Shown here: in pieces, positions 8,395 through 16,564 of the stretch | Layout of the letters: each line of letters begins with the position of its first letter | How positions within the stretch are numbered: position 1 is the first letter of the stretch | Translations under genes and position numbers: made by a program | Notes under the pieces: model-generated | Told to the model about the DNA's origin: nothing | The model's input: the letters and a program-made list of their open reading frames with translations, nothing else | Databases searched by the model: none | IMG/VR virus record: IMGVR_UViG_3300046671_000016 | Location: 1-46,973 of that record | Length of the DNA stretch: 46,973 nucleotides | From: a virus | Lineage: Duplodnaviria; Caudoviricetes | Reading direction: 5' to 3' (one strand)

Positions 8395-9842
8395 TCGCCG
8401 ACAGCCTCAAGGCAGTCCACGCGGCCATAGCCTCGCTCGGTGCGGCCTTAGACGCGCTGGCGAATGACATAGCGGCCATTCCAGCCGTTCCCGTTGTGCC
8501 GCCGGTAGTCATCCCGCCCATAGCCACCACGGCGAGCGCGACGTTCTCCAGCACGACGGCGGAGATCCCCAACCCTGAGCGCGGGCTGTCGAAGCAGTGG
8601 CAGAACCTGAGCGACCTGACGCCTGCTTGGCTGACCGCTCATCACGACGCTGGCTACCGTCTGGTGATGCACCGGCAGCTTCTGGCTCCCTACTGGAACG
8701 TCGCCACGTTGCCCCAGTCGTTCCTCGATGCGCTCAACGCCGGTGCCGCTCTGCACCGCTCCACAGGCACCAAGATCGTGATGCAGTTCAGCTACGACAA
8801 TGTGGGTGGCGGCCCGGAGCCCACGCTGAGCACGATCCTCGGACATATCGCGCAGCTCAAGCCATTCTTCACGGCTAACGCGGACGTGATAACGGCTGTG
8901 CACTCCGGCTTCATCGGCACCTACGGCGAGTGGGCATTCTCGACCGAGCCCAGCGTAGGCAACCCGACGCCCTCGGCTGCGACGCGGATAGCCGTGCGTG
9001 ACGCGCTCTATGCCGCCGTGCCCGCCGGCATTCAGATCGGCTTCCGATCACTGGCGGATCTGCGGACGTGGTATCCAACGCCGCTGACCGCGACTCAAGC
9101 CTTCAGCAGCATCAACCAAGCCCGGTCGGGCGTTCACAACGACTGCTTCCTCAACAACAACGACGACGCCGGGACGTACTGGGCACTTGGAGTATCGCCC
9201 ACTGGCAGAACGCCAGCGGACAACATCTTCCGCGCCTACCATCAGCAAATCTCCCCCTTCACCACCACGGGCGGGGAGAACTGCGGCGACGGCCAATTCA
9301 AGGCATGCTCCGACGTGCTGACCGACGGCGCGCTCTACCACTGGCGCTATCTGCGCGATGACTGGGGCACGATCTTCCACGATGGCTGGAAGGCTCAAGG
9401 GTGTTACCCGCAGATCAAACGGTCGTTAGGGTATCGGTTCCAACTGGACGCGATCTCGCATCCAACAAACGCCGCCTCCGGAACCTCCGTAGACTTTGCC
9501 ATCGACCTTCGTAACATCGGCTGGGCGAGAATGTTCAGCCCGCGCAAGCTGGTCGTGACGTTGGCGAACAAAGTGACAGGAGTTGTGATCGCAGGCAGCG
9601 CGGGCGATATGAGGTTCTGTTCATCGCAAGCAACCTACTCAACGCGCTTCGTCGTGCCCGTAGCCGTCCCGAGCGCAGGCACCTACGATGTCTACGTCAG
9701 CATGCCCGACATCTGGCCGGGGACGAAAGACAAGGCCGATTACGCCGTGCGATTCGCCAATGCCGATGACGCGGCCAAAGGCCAAGCGTGGGACGCGGCT
9801 AACTTCAGATTCAAGATGGGGACGACGCTGACGAGCGTGTGA
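8391..9842 (+). CDS. DUF4874/DUF4832-like glycoside-hydrolase-fold protein
   Basis: PNPERG, GFIGTYGEW, R.GVHNDCFL, GGE, LGYRF, N.GWA and Y.VRFAN motifs. Confidence 0.75.
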   Translation: MIADSLKAVHAAIASLGAALDALANDIAAIPAVPVVPPVVIPPIATTASATFSSTTAEIPNPERGLSKQWQNLSDLTPAWLTAHHDAGYRLVMHRQLLAPYWNVATLPQSFLDALNAGAALHRSTGTKIVMQFSYDNVGGGPEPTLSTILGHIAQLKPFFTANADVITAVHSGFIGTYGEWAFSTEPSVGNPTPSAATRIAVRDALYAAVPAGIQIGFRSLADLRTWYPTPLTATQAFSSINQARSGVHNDCFLNNNDDAGTYWALGVSPTGRTPADNIFRAYHQQISPFTTTGGENCGDGQFKACSDVLTDGALYHWRYLRDDWGTIFHDGWKAQGCYPQIKRSLGYRFQLDAISHPTNAASGTSVDFAIDLRNIGWARMFSPRKLVVTLANKVTGVVIAGSAGDMRFCSSQATYSTRFVVPVAVPSAGTYDVYVSMPDIWPGTKDKADYAVRFANADDAAKGQAWDAANFRFKMGTTLTSV

Positions 9843-10086
9843 TCTCGGCGTCGATGGCGGCGTCTAATTCATCATCTCCGAATTCTGTCATCGTGTCGCC
9901 CCAGATATAAATACCGATCTCCTTTAGCCACCTATATCTCTCCGCATCCTTCTCCACCTCCGCGAGCCTCGACTGGGCGAGGGCTAATTCGCGTTCGAGT
10001 TGGCGGGCGTGACAAAATATGTCGTCAAAATCGGCTGACGAAAGCGCATCCGTTCTTGGCGTATCCGGCGTCGGCTCGGCAGTCAT
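9811..10086 (-). CDS. Hypothetical phage protein (DTPRTDA / DAERYRWL...LDAAID family)
   Basis: Common phage early-gene motifs. Confidence 0.7.
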   Translation of the reverse strand: MTAEPTPDTPRTDALSSADFDDIFCHARQLERELALAQSRLAEVEKDAERYRWLKEIGIYIWGDTMTEFGDDELDAAIDAEITRSSASSPS

Positions 10087-10523
10087 GGCTTGCCCTTAGA
10101 GGCTTCGGTGGCGGAGAGCATGGCGAATAGTTCACGTCTAGCTTTATCGTGAACTGAGCGCCACTCGGCTTGCCTCGCGCTTCCTTCGAGGGATAAACGA
10201 CACTGGTTCATAGCATCAACCATTTCGTCTGCGAGCTTCATTCCTCGCACCATCACCATGCCCTCCGGCTGGCGCTTATATAGGGGCTTCCACCCGTCAC
10301 CTTTAGGTCGCTCTCCGTCCTCGCTGTAGACAGTGACATATTCGTCGGTTATATCTCGTGTCGTGCGATACCAGCAAAACGGTTCGATAGTCTCCGGCTG
10401 GCTGCGGCGAAGCGCGGCGATGATTTGCTGCCACAACTTATCGCTAAGAGATATATTCCCGCCATTGAACTCGGTTTGTGGCAACCGTACCTCAATCTCC
10501 TCCGCCAGCTCGCGGTCATTCAT
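10083..10523 (-). CDS. Hypothetical phage protein
   Basis: Start revised to ATG 10523, overlapping the upstream stop; EPFCW...WKPLY motif. Confidence 0.6.
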   Translation of the reverse strand: MNDRELAEEIEVRLPQTEFNGGNISLSDKLWQQIIAALRRSQPETIEPFCWYRTTRDITDEYVTVYSEDGERPKGDGWKPLYKRQPEGMVMVRGMKLADEMVDAMNQCRLSLEGSARQAEWRSVHDKARRELFAMLSATEASKGKP

Positions 10524-11271
10524 CTGAGGCTCCGGGCGCGAGGGGAAGTATGGCAAGGGGAACAATTGTCCGCGTGTCATTAGGGTAATCTCGATTCCGC
10601 CGCGCCATACACTCTATGGCAGCTCCTTTGATACAAAAGATGTCATCGGTGGTTTCTCCATTCCATGTCACCATCCAAGCCATCGGCACCCAGCCCTGCC
10701 CGAGCCGCGCGAGGAGGGCGGAAAGCTCTCTGCACGCCAGTTCAATGATCTGTGCAGATTGGTCTAGGCCATCATCCCAAAGCTGGTGCCCCAAATCCAT
10801 TAATCGAGTTATCGCAGGGTGCTCCGCCACGTCGGGTGCAGACACCGGGACGGCCGGGATCGTCGTAGCGGCATGATTTGCGGATGTGACACTAGTTCGG
10901 TCCATCCTTTCCGGAGCCGGTACACTCTCGCTGTCAACGGGCTGGATACCTCCGCCCGGGTCTGCACTCGGTTCGCGCTTGAGGGCGCGGATGGCTTCGG
11001 CACATTTTGTGATCCCGGCGCAGAACCATATTAGCTCTCGCGTTCCTGGATCAGCAGCACACGTTACCTCCTCACACATCTTCGCTGCCTCTTCCAGTCC
11101 CATTAAGAAACCAAGCACCTGCCCTGCATTAGCATCCCGGTGGGTCTGGAGTGCGCACACTTCATTTGTGATCGCGTTTGCCAAATCGGCGTCCATTTCC
11201 TTATGCATATTCGCAGTCGCACACCAGCCACGCGCAACGGCTCCAGCGACTTCCTCTCTCATCCTATCCAC
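10516..11271 (-). CDS. Hypothetical mosaic phage protein
   Basis: ARGWC...MD..LA.AI and LEEAAKMCE...AEAIRAL motifs common in phage early genes. Confidence 0.65.
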   Translation of the reverse strand: MDRMREEVAGAVARGWCATANMHKEMDADLANAITNEVCALQTHRDANAGQVLGFLMGLEEAAKMCEEVTCAADPGTRELIWFCAGITKCAEAIRALKREPSADPGGGIQPVDSESVPAPERMDRTSVTSANHAATTIPAVPVSAPDVAEHPAITRLMDLGHQLWDDGLDQSAQIIELACRELSALLARLGQGWVPMAWMVTWNGETTDDIFCIKGAAIECMARRNRDYPNDTRTIVPLAILPLAPGASDE

Positions 11272-11370
11272 GTCGGCCTCCCTTCCTCGCCGCAGCGTGC
11301 GCGGCGCAGAGATGACCTGGCCGCAGGTTTCCCTGCTCTTTGGCGTGGGCTTGCACCACCTTGTAGTTGC

Positions 11371-12477
11371 TCACAGGTCGTCCTTCGCGGTCTGCGCTTC
11401 GAGTGTTTGTTTGCGCTGGTCTTTTGCGGCTGTAAGCGTTATGCGATCGTCTTTCGATAGCGTCTTCCAGAATGCCGCCAGTTGCTCCAGCGTCGTGCAG
11501 CCTGCGATCTCGACGAAGCTGTCGACGATGCGATACTCGTCCTTCGTCAACTCGGAGAAGTGAGCGCGCCCGAAGGCGATGCCGATGTACTGCTTGACGG
11601 TATCGCGGTCGAGTTTCAGTTCCGAGATCTGCGCTTCGAGGCGCTTTCGCGCGGCGTCGGTGATGACTTCTGGCGGGCGATGGTTTCCTTGATTGTCAAT
11701 GCCAAGACGACTTTCCTCCACCGACAGTGCTTGCGGATCTGGCGCGGACAACTGCTTGGCCGCCGCCTTCATCCTCGCCTGCTCGCGTTTCATCGCGCTG
11801 CGCTGCTTGGAGTCGAAGTGCGTCCAAGTGTAGATAGATTGCTCGGCATTGAGACCAGCGTTCTCCATGAGATAAACGGCATCGCCTATCGAACCTTGGG
11901 CGATCCATTCCCGCATCCCTGCGACGATTTGCTCAACCTTCGCGACTTCCTCCTGCGTAAGCTGCTCCTCCACGCCAGCGGACGGAGTAATGTCCTTCTC
12001 GCGTGCAATGTCCCGGACTTCCTCTGGCACGTACATCCCGCTCGTCGCCATCGGGCAAACGGTGCGGATGCCCTCGGACACGGTGCGCGAGCGCAGCATC
12101 TGGCGCGGATACTTCTTCCACATATCGCGTCCGCCCAAGCCTGCCAGCGTAGCGCGCTTCAAATCCCACGCGATGCGGACAGACCCGCCGGAAGGATGCG
12201 AGAAAGTAGCGTCCGCTATCGTGTCGTCAAGCTTGTGCCACTCGACCTTGCCATCCTGCTCCAGGAAATCGCGGAGCATCGCTTCGGTTTTCTTCGCGGG
12301 GCGACCCTGGATAATATCGTAGTCGCGTGCCGCAAGGGCCGGGTGCCTCCCCTCGGCCTGAGCGATCAGCATGAGCGCCAGAGCCTGATCGGCAGTCTTG
12401 ACGCCGAATAGACCGGACTTCGCCACAGCCTCCGCCATCGTCTGAATCTCGTGCATCGGTACGAGCGCGTTGCTCAT
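11371..12477 (-). CDS. RecT-like single-strand annealing recombinase with C-terminal extensions
   Basis: GGAGGG RBS before ATG 12477; AKSGLFG...IIQGRP...WKKYPRQMLRSR..SEGIR..CP....GMYVPEE. Confidence 0.75.
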   Translation of the reverse strand: MSNALVPMHEIQTMAEAVAKSGLFGVKTADQALALMLIAQAEGRHPALAARDYDIIQGRPAKKTEAMLRDFLEQDGKVEWHKLDDTIADATFSHPSGGSVRIAWDLKRATLAGLGGRDMWKKYPRQMLRSRTVSEGIRTVCPMATSGMYVPEEVRDIAREKDITPSAGVEEQLTQEEVAKVEQIVAGMREWIAQGSIGDAVYLMENAGLNAEQSIYTWTHFDSKQRSAMKREQARMKAAAKQLSAPDPQALSVEESRLGIDNQGNHRPPEVITDAARKRLEAQISELKLDRDTVKQYIGIAFGRAHFSELTKDEYRIVDSFVEIAGCTTLEQLAAFWKTLSKDDRITLTAAKDQRKQTLEAQTAKDDL

Positions 12478-12725
12478 TTTCCCTCCGGTAGTGGCGGTAA
12501 ATCCATCCAATGGGTAATGCCGAACTCTTGCATTCCATAGCTAGATGAGTCATCTCCCCAAAATGTTTCAACCCACGTAATTTCTCCATTTCTTCCTCTG
12601 CCGCTAAATGGCGTGCGATACATAACGCACGGTGCCCACTCTGGGCCGAAGGCCACCACATGCTCTCCAATCTCCGGCAATCTCTCGCTCACCGGAATCC
12701 ACCTCACGGCAACCTCCATCTGCAA
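12474..12725 (-). CDS. DUF551-like protein
   Basis: RWIPVSERLPE...ITHWMDLPPLP. Confidence 0.8.
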   Translation of the reverse strand: MQMEVAVRWIPVSERLPEIGEHVVAFGPEWAPCVMYRTPFSGRGRNGEITWVETFWGDDSSSYGMQEFGITHWMDLPPLPEGK

Positions 12726-12889
12726 AATTCCTCCACTTCATCCTCCGGCTCGAAGGCGAATATGCTCGAATCCCTCCAGTGATACTTCGGCCCCTGCGCT
12801 GTGGTGGCGCTGAGTTTGACGAACGTCACGCCGCCGTCCTTGAACGGCTCGTTCAGCGGCACGTCAGCGAAGGTCATTATTCGCTCCAC
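12704..12889 (-). CDS. Hypothetical protein
   Basis: Fills the operon with overlaps at both ends. Confidence 0.55.
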   Translation of the reverse strand: MERIMTFADVPLNEPFKDGGVTFVKLSATTAQGPKYHWRDSSIFAFEPEDEVEEFCRWRLP

Positions 12890-13113
12890 TCATCCCACAC
12901 GGCGCATGGCAGATCTAAGATCTGATCTGGCGCCTTGCTGAGATTCATCATGCTCCAATCCTTCTGCTCACGAGATGGCGAACCATAACTCATAGTTATA
13001 GCGTACTTTGAGCACGCCAATTCCCGAGCATACTCCAAAGTGTCGGCAATCGCATAAACATGAGAGCCGCCATAACTAACGCGGTACGGATCGTTCCAAA
13101 TGTACAACTTCAC
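12877..13113 (-). CDS. Hypothetical protein
   Basis: GGGAGGAG RBS before GTG (VKLYIWNDPY) overlapping the upstream TGA. Confidence 0.55.
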   Translation of the reverse strand: MKLYIWNDPYRVSYGGSHVYAIADTLEYARELACSKYAITMSYGSPSREQKDWSMMNLSKAPDQILDLPCAVWDEWSE

Positions 13114-13373
13114 TCTCTCCTCCCTTTCAGCGGATGACTGAACTGCGGAATCCAGTTCGGGCTGCTGAAGCGCATGACTTGCTCGCAATGCTCCGTATTG
13201 TGATTTTCGCTGGGCTTGCGCACGTAGTAAGCCGTCGTGTCGGGCCTATCTATGCAGATGCTCTTTTCGCCAGCGTGCGCGGCCATTGACCAATCATGCA
13301 CAATAATCCCCCCGCACAGCCCTACCGCGCAGCCAGCGAAGAACGTGCACAGCAGCTTGTCGGCGGGGATCAC
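13110..13373 (-). CDS. Hypothetical protein with N-terminal TM segment
   Basis: GTGA overlap; hydrophobic N-terminus. Confidence 0.55.
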   Translation of the reverse strand: MIPADKLLCTFFAGCAVGLCGGIIVHDWSMAAHAGEKSICIDRPDTTAYYVRKPSENHNTEHCEQVMRFSSPNWIPQFSHPLKGRRE

Positions 13374-13630
13374 GATTTCTCCCTTTCGGCTATCATCGCG
13401 TCGGCCTGTTGATACGCAATCAGCGCGAATGTTGCAGCAGAGATTGGCATATCAAACGGTTTGCCCTTATCATCACAGATCGATGCGGGCTCGCAAGTTA
13501 AATATGCTTGCAGCGCCGCCGCCGCGAAGTAGTCCCTGATGCTCATGCCGGGATTGCCGAGCTTCGCGCGCTGCTTCTCGCTCTGCGCCCGCCCCGGATC
13601 TGGGAAGGCAGGCCCGCCATCGTCTCTCAC
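13370..13630 (-). CDS. Conserved phage protein (DGGPAFP / GMSxRDYFAA family)
   Basis: DDGGPAFP...GMSIRDYFAAAALQ...AY..ADAMIAER; start revised to GTG 13630. Confidence 0.8.
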   Translation of the reverse strand: MRDDGGPAFPDPGRAQSEKQRAKLGNPGMSIRDYFAAAALQAYLTCEPASICDDKGKPFDMPISAATFALIAYQQADAMIAEREKS

Positions 13631-13854
13631 GCTCCCTCCCGCTTCACGCTCGGTCGCTCGGCCTTCGTCTGCGCGAGGCAGGATTGCATACACTCGATAA
13701 GGCCGTCGCGGATCAGCGGCGGCAGCGCGTCCTTGTGCGCGACGGCCCAGCGGAGAACCGCGTGCTGCATTTGCTGCTGACCTATCATTCTGTTGTCATG
13801 CTCGATCACGTTGTCCAGCGACTTGATAAAATCGGTGACTTCTAAGCTCATCAT
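13627..13854 (-). CDS. First gene of the leftward early operon, hypothetical
   Basis: AGGAGG RBS before ATG 13854. Confidence 0.6.
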   Translation of the reverse strand: MMSLEVTDFIKSLDNVIEHDNRMIGQQQMQHAVLRWAVAHKDALPPLIRDGLIECMQSCLAQTKAERPSVKREGA

Positions 13855-13884
13855 GCCCTCCTGTACGCAAGTGTCCACGGCAAG

Positions 13885-13914
13885 ATTATTGGCATAGCTT
13901 GCAAGCACGGTCAA
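13885..13914 (-). promoter_or_regulatory. Putative sigma-70 leftward promoter TTGACC-N18-AATAAT
   Basis: Read on the minus strand, 30 nt upstream of the ATG at 13854. Confidence 0.5.
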
Positions 13915-13953
13915 GCGTTTTCTGTGATCTGTTACGATTCAATAGCTTGCAAG
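13894..13953. promoter_or_regulatory. Two operator-like ATAGCTTGCAAG repeats (13894-13905, 13942-13953) with palindromic core CTTGCAAG
   Basis: Exact 12-nt direct repeat in the divergent intergenic region; copy 1 lies in the promoter spacer. Confidence 0.55.
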
Positions 13954-13994
13954 TAAGCCTTGCGCGGGTCTGTTTTTTGTGTTTTCATGCGGCC

Positions 13995-14183
13995 ATGACA
14001 GCCCCATTCCTTCCGAAGGACTTCCTCAAGAAACTGCGCAGGGAGTTTGCCGCCGCAGGCGGTCGAGCGCGACGCGATGCATTAACGTCAGAGCAACGTA
14101 TCGCTATCGCACGCAAAGCTGGACGGGCGCGGGGCAAGCAGATGAGGCTCGCAGCAAGAGCGGCTAAAAGGAACGGGAGCTAG
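13995..14183 (+). CDS. Small basic protein, possible DNA-binding regulator
   Basis: GGRARRDALTSEQRIAIARKAGRAR motif; first gene of the rightward operon. Confidence 0.65.
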   Translation: MTAPFLPKDFLKKLRREFAAAGGRARRDALTSEQRIAIARKAGRARGKQMRLAARAAKRNGS

Positions 14184-14184
14184 C

Positions 14185-14409
14185 GTGGTGAAGCGCTGGT
14201 ACAACTGGTGCTCGGCAACGCATAAGCACGAAATGGCGCCAGACGATCAAGGCCACTACGTGCGGCATTCCGACTACCTCGCCCTGCAAGCCGCGCTCCG
14301 GGAGGCGCTGGACGCGTGGGAATTCAATAGCGACAGGGATTGGACGGAGAAAACGGAGCTGCGCATCGCCAAACTCCGCGCACAATTCCTCGACGAAGGA
14401 ACGCCATGA
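14185..14409 (+). CDS. Hypothetical phage protein
   Basis: G.YVRHSDY..L motif; GGGAG RBS. Confidence 0.65.
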   Translation: MVKRWYNWCSATHKHEMAPDDQGHYVRHSDYLALQAALREALDAWEFNSDRDWTEKTELRIAKLRAQFLDEGTP

Positions 14410-14636
14410 AAATCTACGTCAGGCGCAGGCATATTGAGAGGGGGAGGCGCGGTGTCGGCCATGCATGCCCGATTGCGCTCGCATTCGAGGAGGTTACTGG
14501 CGAGCGTCCCGAGGTTGATGGCTACTGCATCAATACCCACGATGACAGTTTCTCATTGACGAGCAAAGCTGCGCGATTCGTAGAGCTCTTCGACTCCGGC
14601 AAGCCGGTGAAGCCATTCGCGTTCGTGCTGAAATAG
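14406..14636 (+). CDS. Hypothetical phage protein
   Basis: ATGA overlap; CPIALA...FDSGKPVKPF.F. Confidence 0.65.
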   Translation: MKIYVRRRHIERGRRGVGHACPIALAFEEVTGERPEVDGYCINTHDDSFSLTSKAARFVELFDSGKPVKPFAFVLK

Positions 14637-14644
14637 GAGACATC

Positions 14645-14977
14645 ATGTTTGTAGACACGCAGGTCAGGCCGCAGGGTGAGCAGGTAGATGCAGTCGCGCC
14701 GAGCAGGATGAAGTTGAGCGACGCTGTGAGGGAATGTGGATACAGCAAAGCAGAGAGTTTGCAGCATTGCGTCTTGGGGCGTGCTTATACAAAACTGACG
14801 GGGCGCAGCCTATTGGATGACACATACGCTCCCACGCGTTATCAATACAAGTGGCTTCCGATTGCCGCTGAGGCTTTCCGCGTACCGCTTGCGATCGTGA
14901 CTGAGACGGAAGCAATGTGCTACCGAGGCGAATCGCCAGCGCAAATCGCCGACTGGCTCGAAGCGCAAGGTCTATGA
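14645..14977 (+). CDS. Hypothetical phage protein
   Basis: AGGAG RBS; MKLSDA...CVLG.A...QIADWLEAQGL. Confidence 0.7.
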   Translation: MFVDTQVRPQGEQVDAVAPSRMKLSDAVRECGYSKAESLQHCVLGRAYTKLTGRSLLDDTYAPTRYQYKWLPIAAEAFRVPLAIVTETEAMCYRGESPAQIADWLEAQGL

Positions 14978-15141
14978 GCGACCTTGTGACCCTCGACGGC
15001 ATTCGCTACCGGATCACCGATCGGCAGCTCGTCCGCTACGACCTTCCCGAGACCGCCGCCGAGCGCAAGCTGCGCGGGGCCAAGCCGCAGCCGGTGGTGG
15101 CGTACACGATAGCAACGATAGAGAGGGTGCGCGATGAGTGA
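14974..15141 (+). CDS. Small hypothetical protein
   Basis: ATGA overlap. Confidence 0.5.
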   Translation: MSDLVTLDGIRYRITDRQLVRYDLPETAAERKLRGAKPQPVVAYTIATIERVRDE

Positions 15142-15342
15142 GGTAATTGAGGATACGCGCCGTGGAGCAGAGACAGCTCGCCAGGCTGGAAGCCCGACAG
15201 ATTCGCCGTCCAGCGCGAGAAAGTTTGCCAGAGTTGCGGCGTTAGGAAGCACCTGGAGCAATTCTCCTTTAGTGGCTCACGCTGCAAGGTATGCGACAAG
15301 GCGATGCGCGACAAGTGGATCAAGACGGGAAGGCGCGCGTGA
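15134..15342 (+). pseudogene. Probable frame-disrupted CxxC...CxxC zinc-finger gene
   Basis: Frame 15151-15342 encodes KVCQSCG.RKHLEQF...CKVCDK and ends in GTGA coupled to the MTase start, but has no in-frame start upstream of the finger. Confidence 0.4.
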
Positions 15343-16043
15343 AGCCGTTGGCGATTGACCTCTATTGCGGTCTCGGCGGCTGGACTGAAGGGCTGCTCGC
15401 GGAGGGTTATGACGTGATCGGCTTCGACATTGAACGCCACGATTACGGTGCTGGGGGCTATCCTGCGCAACTTGTGCTCCAAGATGTGCTGACGCTGCAC
15501 GGCTCGCAACTTAAGGATGCGGCTCTCATCGTCGCCAGTCCGCCGTGTCAGGGCTACAGTTATCGAGCAATGCCGTGGAGTCGCGCAAAGGCTCTGCCAC
15601 CGCCAGACAACTCTCTCTTTGAGGCGTGCTTTCGCATCCAGCGCGAGGCAATAGAAGCCGCTGGGCATTTCATTCCGCTTGTAGTTGAGAACGTGCGCGG
15701 GGCGCAGAAGTGGATCGGGCGGGCGCGATGGAACTATGGCAGTTATTATCTGTGGGGTGATGTGCCGGCGCTGATGCCGATGGGTGGAAAGGCAAAAACT
15801 CCTGGTCGCAATATGAATTTTGGCACTACTCACAAATGGGGCACGCACAATATGGGTACGGCAGATGAAATTCATAGAGAACTCAGTGGAATTAAACAGG
15901 GCGGCGATAACGCTTCACAACCCTCTATTTCACGTTTGACTAGCTCAAAAAGCAACGCCCGCAAAGCCGCCTCTGCCATGATCGCGAAGATCCCCTTCGT
16001 TTTGGCGCGGCACATTGGAGCGGTCTGGAAACCATATGCGTAG
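15339..16043 (+). CDS. Short C5-cytosine DNA methyltransferase
   Basis: Motif I IDLYCGLGG, motif IV SPPCQGYS, motif VI VVENV. Confidence 0.8.
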   Translation: MKPLAIDLYCGLGGWTEGLLAEGYDVIGFDIERHDYGAGGYPAQLVLQDVLTLHGSQLKDAALIVASPPCQGYSYRAMPWSRAKALPPPDNSLFEACFRIQREAIEAAGHFIPLVVENVRGAQKWIGRARWNYGSYYLWGDVPALMPMGGKAKTPGRNMNFGTTHKWGTHNMGTADEIHRELSGIKQGGDNASQPSISRLTSSKSNARKAASAMIAKIPFVLARHIGAVWKPYA

Positions 16044-16542
16044 CTTCCGCCGCTATGCCGACAAGAAAGCGCAGATCCGCGTCGCGCATATCTGGACGCA
16101 TGCAATGTGGGGCGATGGCAGACCGCCGCAAGTTACGCTCCCGCCGCTGAAGCCGAAGCGGGCGAAGCGCGAGGCTGATCCGACGATACCGAGCGAGCAT
16201 CAATCGCAGGCTGCGGTGATTAGCTGGTGGGCGCTCGCTTGCAACAGATACGGTCTGCCGCCTGCGAGTCTTGCGGCCATTCCGAACGGCGGCGCACGCG
16301 ACATAATCACTGGCTCGCAACTGAAAGCCGAGGGCGTGCGTGCGGGTTTTCCCGACTTGATTTTGACGGTCAAGCGTGGAGAATATGGAGCGTTGTTAAT
16401 AGAGATGAAAAAAGGCGGGAACTACCCGTCAGCAGCGCAGAGGGAAATTATCGCGTACCTCAATGGTGCGGGATATGACTGCGAAGTCTGCTGGAGTGCC
16501 GATGAAGCAATAGCGAAAATCACCAGTTATCTCAAGCGTTGA
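16036..16542 (+). CDS. VRR-NUC domain nuclease (Holliday-junction resolvase-like)
   Basis: SEHQSQ...AIPNGG...EGVRAGFPDL...LIEMK...Q PD-(D/E)XK motifs. Confidence 0.88.
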   Translation: MRSFRRYADKKAQIRVAHIWTHAMWGDGRPPQVTLPPLKPKRAKREADPTIPSEHQSQAAVISWWALACNRYGLPPASLAAIPNGGARDIITGSQLKAEGVRAGFPDLILTVKRGEYGALLIEMKKGGNYPSAAQREIIAYLNGAGYDCEVCWSADEAIAKITSYLKR

Positions 16543-16564
16543 TAGGCTGGAGAGTCTTCAAGTT

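Noticed and set aside
11482-12411. 309-aa plus-strand ORF (likewise 15036..15875 and 43450..44166 on the minus strand)
   Set aside because: Antisense to well-supported genes; expected in GC-rich DNA
13889-13903. Second sigma-54 promoter TTGGCATAGCTTGCA
   Set aside because: GG-to-GC spacing is 8 nt instead of the required 10
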